Below are positions 60,448-64,000 of a DNA stretch of 64,000 nucleotides, piece after piece. Position 1 is the stretch's first letter. Each line of letters opens with the position of its first letter. Position numbers and translations under genes: made by a program. The stretch comes from Eledone cirrhosa. Taxonomy: Eukaryota. The notes under the pieces were generated by a model that searched no databases, was not told the origin of the DNA, and saw only the letters and a program-made list of their open reading frames with translations. The stretch lies in NCBI GenBank assembly GCA_964016885.1, contig OZ024743.1:178498001-178562000 (forward strand), read 5' to 3'.

Positions 60448-60933
60448 TTAAAAATAAAGGTGGTAGAAAAGCCAGGAACCACCATAAAATCCCTGATCAG
60501 CAAAACCTACCCTTTTAAGAAAACCCACTGTACCAATAGGAAATGTATCATATGTAAGGTGAACCCCCGGAAAAACTGTAAAACTAGAAACGTAGTCTAT
60601 AGCATAAGATGTACAGAGGGTACTTGCAGAAACATGACAACAACATACATAGGTGAGACAGCTCGTAGCATAGGTGAAAGGATAGACCAACACTGGGGGG
60701 AACTAAAAGGACGAAAAAACGGGTCAGTACTATACGAACATGCTAGACAACAACATGACGGTAACATAGACAACATAGAAATTAGAATAATATCTAAACA
60801 TAGGAATGACCCAGCAGATAGGCAAATCAGAGAGGCCAGTGAAATAGAAATTAGAAGACCAAAGCTAAACAGAAAGAATGAGTGGAACAACAACAACACC
60901 CAAACAAACAACACTGACCTAAGAGAAGTATAA
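60448..60933 (+). pseudogene. PLE GIY-YIG endonuclease with upstream Cys cluster (different family from element B); truncated but uninterrupted
   Basis: VVEKPG..C....C..C..C..VVYSIRC..C..YIGETARS..R..QH..LYEH...H..RQIREA..LNRKNEW. The ATG at 60280 lies in the inverted terminal segment and is not a native start. Confidence 0.9.
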
Positions 60934-61210
60934 ATAAGTAAATAAATAAAATTAAATAAAATAAAATAAGACAAATAAATACATACACAAGCACATAAAC
61001 ACACACTAGTCACCAGCAGACAACCCACACTATACACACTAGTCACACATCACACATAACACTATACACGCACGCAAACGCATGCGCAAAGAAGACAAAA
61101 TAATATAAGATAAACAAACAAGCAAATAAATAAATATATAGACAGACTGAACAAAAAAAAAAAAATGGCGTAGACATACAACACAACGGGAGGAACAATG
61201 AATAGAACAC

Positions 61211-61248
61211 CACTGACGATGTTGCAGATGTGCAACGAAAGATTTATG
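61211..61248 (+). ncRNA. Minimal type I hammerhead motif (intact core, weak stem I)
   Basis: CA-CTGACGA-T-GTTGCA(GATG)TGCAAC-GAAA-GATT-TA-TG, with a perfect 6-bp stem II. Confidence 0.75.
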
Positions 61249-61454
61249 TAAATTATGTAAACTATATATATGTGTTTGTGTTTATATTGTATCTGTATTA
61301 TTTTTGACCGCCGGTCAGTCAATGGCAACATTGAGGACCGAGTAAGTTAGATCGCAAATATAAAAGACAGCGAGAAACGAAAACCAACCAAACAGTGAGT
61401 GTGTTCTGCTATTAATTCTGGCAATATTACGCAAATATGACCCTCACCAAATAT

Positions 61455-64000
<2,546 letters not shown>

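Larger units (their letters stand above)
60261..61462 (+). mobile_element. PLE remnant C: 5'-truncated element with ~140-bp inverted ends (60302-60447 and 61325-61462) and tail 60261-60301, inserted in (TA)n
   Basis: Inverted ends, a GIY-YIG ORF fragment and an HHR in the 3' region. Confidence 0.9.

Noticed and set aside
61328-61360. Second hammerhead in element C (TTGAGGA..TCGCAAATATA)
   Set aside because: It lacks C3 and GAAA and has no convincing stems.

Overview
AT-rich animal genomic DNA, probably an octopus or other coleoid cephalopod (inferred only from the SINE types and repeat landscape). Bases 1-~32720 are a 30-bp tandem satellite with kilobase higher-order repeats. One + frame reads as (MIVSPTHHDI)n but is broken by propagated frameshifts and stops. 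Bases 32.7-47.7 kb are transposon debris (CR1-like and RTE LINE fragments, SINEs, Tc1/mariner remnants, MITEs) around one clear 288-nt exon of a group III-like metabotropic glutamate receptor (44862-45149, +), so most of the window is probably intron. Bases 47.7-64 kb are a (TA)n field holding at least four palindromic insertions related to Penelope-like elements (PLEs): three carry RT or GIY-YIG fragments and one is a non-coding palindrome triplicated in tandem. Each carries a minimal type I hammerhead ribozyme (HHR) motif. This cluster is the most interesting system here. All calls were made by eye; no searches or folding were run.
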